A stretch of DNA of 20,000 nt from positions 114,746 through 134,745 of the forward strand of contig PEAD01000004.1 of NCBI GenBank assembly GCA_002753335.1, in the 5' to 3' direction. Shown here in pieces: positions 15,331 to 20,000 of the stretch (the stretch's first letter is position 1; each line of letters starts with the position of its first letter). The stretch comes from Nitrospirae bacterium MYbin3 (GTDB lineage Bacteria > Nitrospirota > Thermodesulfovibrionia > Thermodesulfovibrionales > Dissulfurispiraceae). The notes below the pieces were generated by a model. That model ran no database searches. It worked only from the letters and a program-made list of their open reading frames with translations, and had not been told where the DNA came from. A program made the position numbers and the translations under genes.

Positions 15331-17384
15331 CACCTCACGAAGAGCAAAAGAAATATGATAGTTATGAAAGAATATATGAGATAAGTATTTATGCGGCCTT
15401 GCTGCAATCTGCCAACCTTTCTCGAAATCCAAAAGCTTGTGCTCGCAATAGGCTTGTAAATCCAGTTCCAGAAGCGATCTCTTATCCTTAGAGAATAAAT
15501 CAATTTTTTCGGGAAGGCAGAATGGGCTTGTTGAGGAACGAGCCTGACTTCCTCTTTCAGGTTGAATATAAAGCCGAATATTCTCCGCAGCGGCATCGAA
15601 AAAGAGGTGGCGTTATACTGCATCCTGTTAGTAAGTTTTTCAAACCCGCAATCCCAAATAGGTCCTCGATGTATCTTGCCCGGGTTAACATGGAGGATTA
15701 TATAGACGATTGCATAAATCGCAATGGTGCCTAAAAAAACCACAAGCCCGGAATAAGATGCACGCTCAGGCGCTATAGGCGTGAGCCATATCCAGCCTAG
15801 CGCGTTGGCCGAAGTCGTGAGCTTTCCGCCTGTCAAATGCTCTGCTACAACATCCATACAGTTTATAAATACGGTAGGCAGTATGCCGAGAAGCAGACAT
15901 GAGAGTGCAGCCATTCCCATCCCGATACGCATAGACCAGCATACCTCATGAACTTGTGGCCGGTTATGGCCTCTCCATTGGCCGAGAAAAGTTACGCCAA
16001 AGGCCTTAACAAAGCAGGCAGCGGCCAAGGCCGCAGTCAGGGCAAGGAGTGCGGCACCCAAAGGCATAAGGAGCTTCATCATCGGACTTGGAAGTGATGG
16101 GGAAAGAAGAAACGCCTGAAAGGTCAGCCATTCAGAAACAAAACCGTTAAAGGGCGGCAGCGCAGAGATTGAAATACAGCCGACTAAAAAAAACACTGCG
16201 GTCCATGGCATTTTATGTATCAGGCCGCCCATTTCCTCCATGTTTCTTTCATGGGTGGCGTGGAGCACAGCGCCGGCCCCCATGAATAACAGGCCTTTAA
16301 AAAGGGCATGGTTCATAGCGTGATACAAAGCGGCGATAAGGGACAGTGCTGCCAAAATTTCCTGACCGAATGCCTTGAAAACCATAGTCATACCGATTCC
16401 AATCATTATAATGCCGATATTTTCGACCGACGAATACGCAAGAAGGCGCTTTATATCTTTCTCCATCATTGCATAGAGGATGCCTATCAAAGCAGATATG
16501 ATGCCAATTACAATTACAAGCGCGCCCCACCACCACGGAATGTTTTTTATAAGGTCAAAAGCAACTCTCAGTAGCCCGTATATTGCGGTCTTAAGCATAA
16601 CGCCGCTCATAAGCGCAGAGATATTGGATGGGGCAACAGGGTGTGCTTCCGGAAGCCAGACATGCAAGGGAACAATACCCGCCTTGGCCCCAAAGCCAAA
16701 GAAAGCGAGTAGAAAGGCAACTGTAGCCCATTCAGCCGGGAATTCAGCCTGACGCATCGCATCAAAGGTAAAGCCGCTGAAATCGTCAAATCCTGCTGCA
16801 AGGCCTGCCATAACACCGAATGCAAGAAGGATTGCCACCGCGCCAACATGCGCTACGACAATATAAAGGAATGCCGCGCGTCTGTTTTCAACTTGCTCAT
16901 CTTCAAACATGACAAGGAAATAGGATGCTGCCGCCATAGTCTCCCACGATATTAGAAAGAACAAGGCATCGTCCGCAAGCACCACCATAAACATTCCAGC
17001 GAGGAACAAGTTATAAAAAACACAAAGCCGAGCTACAGGTCTGCGTCCGAGAAATCCCTTTACATACCCTATCGAATATATCGAAACAAAGAAAGATAAA
17101 AGGCCTATGAGTACAAGAAAATATCCTGAGAGCGGGTCTAACCGCAAATGAAAAGGCAGGCCCGGCAGGCCGAGTTCCATGATCGCACTGCGTGCGGTGC
17201 CGAGGCTTACCGTCCATACACCGGCTGCTGTTGCTGCAAAAGAGGCTATCGCTGACAAGCAAAAACAGACTGTTGTCATCAGTTTTTCGTTTTTTATTAA
17301 TATGGATACTACGGCAGTCTGCGCTATCAACAGGATAACGGCAAAAGAGGCAAGACTTAATGGGGTCAAAGTCACCTGTGTCAT
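15330..17384 (-). CDS. hyfB: HyfB/HycC (NuoL/MrpA-like) antiporter-type membrane subunit
   Basis: FLISWETM, GFGAKAGIVPLHVWLPEAHPVAPSNISALMSGVMLK, KRLLAYSSVENIG, ALPPFNGFVSEW, WDCGF and RMQYNATSFS. Confidence 0.9.
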   Translation of the reverse strand: MTQVTLTPLSLASFAVILLIAQTAVVSILIKNEKLMTTVCFCLSAIASFAATAAGVWTVSLGTARSAIMELGLPGLPFHLRLDPLSGYFLVLIGLLSFFVSIYSIGYVKGFLGRRPVARLCVFYNLFLAGMFMVVLADDALFFLISWETMAAASYFLVMFEDEQVENRRAAFLYIVVAHVGAVAILLAFGVMAGLAAGFDDFSGFTFDAMRQAEFPAEWATVAFLLAFFGFGAKAGIVPLHVWLPEAHPVAPSNISALMSGVMLKTAIYGLLRVAFDLIKNIPWWWGALVIVIGIISALIGILYAMMEKDIKRLLAYSSVENIGIIMIGIGMTMVFKAFGQEILAALSLIAALYHAMNHALFKGLLFMGAGAVLHATHERNMEEMGGLIHKMPWTAVFFLVGCISISALPPFNGFVSEWLTFQAFLLSPSLPSPMMKLLMPLGAALLALTAALAAACFVKAFGVTFLGQWRGHNRPQVHEVCWSMRIGMGMAALSCLLLGILPTVFINCMDVVAEHLTGGKLTTSANALGWIWLTPIAPERASYSGLVVFLGTIAIYAIVYIILHVNPGKIHRGPIWDCGFEKLTNRMQYNATSFSMPLRRIFGFIFNLKEEVRLVPQQAHSAFPKKLIYSLRIRDRFWNWIYKPIASTSFWISRKVGRLQQGRINTYLIYSFITIIFLLLFVR

Positions 17385-17427
17385 TAAAGAACGTTTTTCA
17401 TGCTTAGAAAGTTTATTCGGATTTTGG

Positions 17428-17456
17428 ATAATAATTCATTGGGGCTTTTTTGTCAA
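17428..17456 (-). promoter_or_regulatory. Sigma70-type promoter of the ehr/hyf operon
   Basis: Minus strand TTGACA (17456-17451), 17-bp spacer, TATTAT (17433-17428). Confidence 0.7.
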
Positions 17457-17530
17457 ATATGCTCTTTTAACTACTCATCTCTATAATTCGCTTGCTTTTC
17501 ATCCGGCAATTTGCAGAAAATAAAGCTTCT

Positions 17531-18055
17531 ATGAAACATTTGCTAAGAGGGATTGTCCTAAAAATTTTTTACCCGCTGCTTATGCTGCTCGGAGCATTTT
17601 TTAAAGATAAAAAAGAGAGCCTGCAGAGATTCGTAATTAATCTTAACAATAGCCTTGTTAAGGCTGATATAGCCCGCCTGAAAACAAAACGAATTATGCT
17701 TCTGCTTCCGCACTGCCTTCAAATCAATGACTGCGATGTGAGAATTACAAATGATATTTACAACTGCAAACGCTGCGGCCGCTGCGAGATAAAAGATTTA
17801 ATACAGATAGCGGATGACAATCAGCTTAAGATGTTTGTTGCAACCGGCGGCAACTTGGCAAGGAAAATCGTAAAAGATGCACGGCCCGAAGCGATTGTTG
17901 CGGTCGCATGCGAACGGGATCTTAGCAGCGGCCTTGTTGATACATACCCTTTGCCCGCAATCGGCATACAAAATGAGCGGCCTTTCGGCCCATGCGTCAA
18001 TACCCGCGTTGATCTGCAAAAGGTTAGGGAAGCAATAGAGCTGTTCGGGAAATAG
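17531..18055 (+). CDS. DUF116-family Cys-rich protein
   Basis: LLLPHCLQ, CKRCGRC, VATGG..AR, AVACERDL.SG and GPCVNT. ATG 17531 is preferred over TTG 17492 because a TATAAT lies at 17482-17487. Confidence 0.8.
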   Translation: MKHLLRGIVLKIFYPLLMLLGAFFKDKKESLQRFVINLNNSLVKADIARLKTKRIMLLLPHCLQINDCDVRITNDIYNCKRCGRCEIKDLIQIADDNQLKMFVATGGNLARKIVKDARPEAIVAVACERDLSSGLVDTYPLPAIGIQNERPFGPCVNTRVDLQKVREAIELFGK

Positions 18056-18074
18056 AACAAAGCATATAAGGCTT

Positions 18075-18992
18075 TCAGAATTTGTAACCGGCCCCGCAGA
18101 AAGTTATCACGCTGCGGCTGTCGAAAAATTTTATGGTGGAGCCTGTTTTGGAGGCTATAGCTCCGGCGGTTGCAAAGTAGTTTTTCATTCCAAGTGGATT
18201 GAGAAACGTTGCAATAGCGGAGCCTTCATATGTTTTGTCTTCGCGGGTTTGCTGATAGAGCGGGTGGGTTTTAGCGAACTCCGAGATTTTTGCCGAAATT
18301 TTTGCGTTAAGAAAAATATCTTGCTTCATATAGTCAAAGCCTAAAAAGGCTTCATATCTTTCGTAGCTGCTGCTTTTGCCATCATATGCGCCTTTTTCAT
18401 AAACCATTCCGGGAGTTACACCGTATGTTTTATTGATCATCTGCTGATAGCTTAGGCCAGCCGTATGTGCTCTGCCGCTTCGTTTCAGCTCCGAGAAGAG
18501 TGCGCCTATATCGTCGTTTTTAAAATCGGTTTGCGTTATTTTGTAGGACAACGAAAGGTTCTTGTACTCAAATATGAATTTTGCGCCGTACTCTCTGATA
18601 TCGGTTGTTTCGCGGTTAAGCGCGTAAGGATTTTTCCATCCGCTCTCTTTTAGCGAATAAAAACCATATATCTCGAGATAGGTATCATTATCGAAATCTT
18701 TGCCTCTGCCGAGCGTAAGCGAGCCGGGCTCGTCCTTGGATGTGCCGAAAAAATATTCTGTGCCGGATGCATTATCAATATGCCTTATGTCCAGAATCGG
18801 GAATGGCAAAATCTTGGTTGCAGCTTTCGGTCTCTCGTAGATGCTCTGAATCTGAGGCTTTCCTCCTGTCCAGAGATTGTCCGCCCTGTTAATCACCACA
18901 ACCGCCCCGCCTGCTTTGGCTGAGAGTTCCCCTGAATAGGCCGGCATAGCGTAGATGGATATTAATAAAAATATGAAGATAAATAGTCGCAT
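18075..18992 (-). CDS. Outer-membrane beta-barrel protein, DUF2860-like
   Basis: Signal peptide, amphipathic beta-strand pattern, and C-terminal GAGYKF (BAM-type terminal Phe). WKNPY...R..TD, HPLYQQTRED and SxIxFFD recall DUF2860; this is from memory and was not searched. Confidence 0.6.
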   Translation of the reverse strand: MRLFIFIFLLISIYAMPAYSGELSAKAGGAVVVINRADNLWTGGKPQIQSIYERPKAATKILPFPILDIRHIDNASGTEYFFGTSKDEPGSLTLGRGKDFDNDTYLEIYGFYSLKESGWKNPYALNRETTDIREYGAKFIFEYKNLSLSYKITQTDFKNDDIGALFSELKRSGRAHTAGLSYQQMINKTYGVTPGMVYEKGAYDGKSSSYERYEAFLGFDYMKQDIFLNAKISAKISEFAKTHPLYQQTREDKTYEGSAIATFLNPLGMKNYFATAGAIASKTGSTIKFFDSRSVITFCGAGYKF

Positions 18993-18996
18993 TTTC

Positions 18997-19845
18997 CTAG
19001 AGCATCTTAAATGGTGATGGGATAAAGGTTATTATGAATATTACAAGAGACGATAAGGCCGTAATTTTTCTCCTGCGGTCGATCATGTCCCAGTATATCA
19101 CAGGCGGGTGTTTAATCCCGAGCACCAGCAGGATTGCTGCCCACAACGCCCATCCTTCCCATCCGCCAAAACCCAGTATTGAGGATATGCCGAGCAGCGC
19201 CAGCGTTGAGACAAGCAAAATCGAAATGCGTTTGTGCTTGTCTCCGAAAACAGCATAGGTTATATGCCCGCCGTCAAGCTGCCCTATCGGCAGCAGGTTC
19301 ATCGATGTGACGAAAAGCCCTATCCATCCTGCAAAGGCAACCGGATGAAGAAGTATATCAACATGGTCAGGCAGGGACCCAAACATAATCCATGCAAGAA
19401 ACGAAAAGAGCAGAGAGTCTCCGAATATAATCACGTCCGCAGTTTTAGGTATTGCGGTTACTACTGACATGCTAAGGCCAGCTATCGAGGCGATTACGGA
19501 TATGATAAAACCTGCTATGGGCCCTGATGCTCCGATGTCTATAAGCGCAGTGCGTGTTATTATTGGCGACTTCATTTTTATAAATGCGCCGAAAGTGCCT
19601 ATAAAAGATGGCGCAGGTATGAAATACGGCAGCGTAGCGATGGTATGATGTTTTTTTGATGCGATATAGTGAGCCAGTTCATGGCAAAGCAGTATGGTCA
19701 TTAAAGTCCCTGCAAACGGCAAACCCTCTATAACCCTCGCCGGAGAGGAGATTATATCAATACCTTTTTGAAACGCCCCCGCAATCAGGGTGGTTAAAAA
19801 AGTTGCTGCAAAAAGAATTATATGAAGATAAGGGATTTTTCTCAT
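18997..19845 (-). CDS. Site-2 protease family (peptidase M50) intramembrane zinc metalloprotease
   Basis: HELAH zinc motif, LPYFIP, GTFGAFI, DIGASGPIAG and NLLPIGQLDGGH. Confidence 0.92.
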   Translation of the reverse strand: MRKIPYLHIILFAATFLTTLIAGAFQKGIDIISSPARVIEGLPFAGTLMTILLCHELAHYIASKKHHTIATLPYFIPAPSFIGTFGAFIKMKSPIITRTALIDIGASGPIAGFIISVIASIAGLSMSVVTAIPKTADVIIFGDSLLFSFLAWIMFGSLPDHVDILLHPVAFAGWIGLFVTSMNLLPIGQLDGGHITYAVFGDKHKRISILLVSTLALLGISSILGFGGWEGWALWAAILLVLGIKHPPVIYWDMIDRRRKITALSSLVIFIITFIPSPFKML

Positions 19846-20000
19846 GATAGAGGATTATTTTACATTATACGTCATCAGCACGGCGAATTTGCAGGGCAAA
19901 CGCACTATGTCGTTCCCTGAAGGTTAAGAATTTCAGATCTGTAATTGTCATCGTAGCCAGCCCTTAACCTTTTGTTTTTAACTCCAAGCTTGCAAGATTT

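Noticed and set aside
15331..15432. N-terminal extension of hyfC given by the ORF track
   Set aside because: It overlaps the hyfB C-terminus in another frame. The ATG at 15330 coupled to the hyfB stop is more plausible.
202..19467. Numerous 60-190 aa ORFs antisense to or nested in the major genes
   Set aside because: They are shadow frames of well-supported CDSs, with no recognisable motifs.
19905..20000. Open minus-strand frame entering from the window edge (KSCKLGVKNKRLRAGYDDNYRSEILNLQGTT*)
   Set aside because: It could be the tail of an upstream gene, but it is too short and motif-free to support a call.

Overview
Bacterial chromosomal window. The gene content suggests an anaerobe of the Nitrospirota/Thermodesulfovibrionia or Desulfobacterota type, which is inference only. 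From left to right: (1) a three-gene split glutamate synthase-like operon; (2) a ~1.2 kb relic of an integrative element at the 3' end of tRNA-Leu(CAA), bounded by a 34-bp att duplication and holding a truncated, frameshifted tyrosine integrase and an IS3 remnant; (3) a two-gene unit with its own promoter and terminator, encoding a YeiH/PSE-family (putative sulfate/sulfite exporter) membrane protein and an exported rhodanese; (4) TerC plus a cytidylate-kinase-like/BON protein; (5) a six-gene hyf-like operon whose large subunit lacks all Ni-binding cysteines (Ehr type); (6) DUF116, a DUF2860-like outer-membrane protein and a site-2 protease. The main find is in the rhodanese. Its catalytic-Cys codon is an in-frame TGA, followed directly by a SECIS-like hairpin with a GGUCU loop. 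This points to a signal-peptide-bearing selenocysteine rhodanese (UxxxxC) that the ORF track truncates, co-transcribed with a sulfur-oxyanion exporter.
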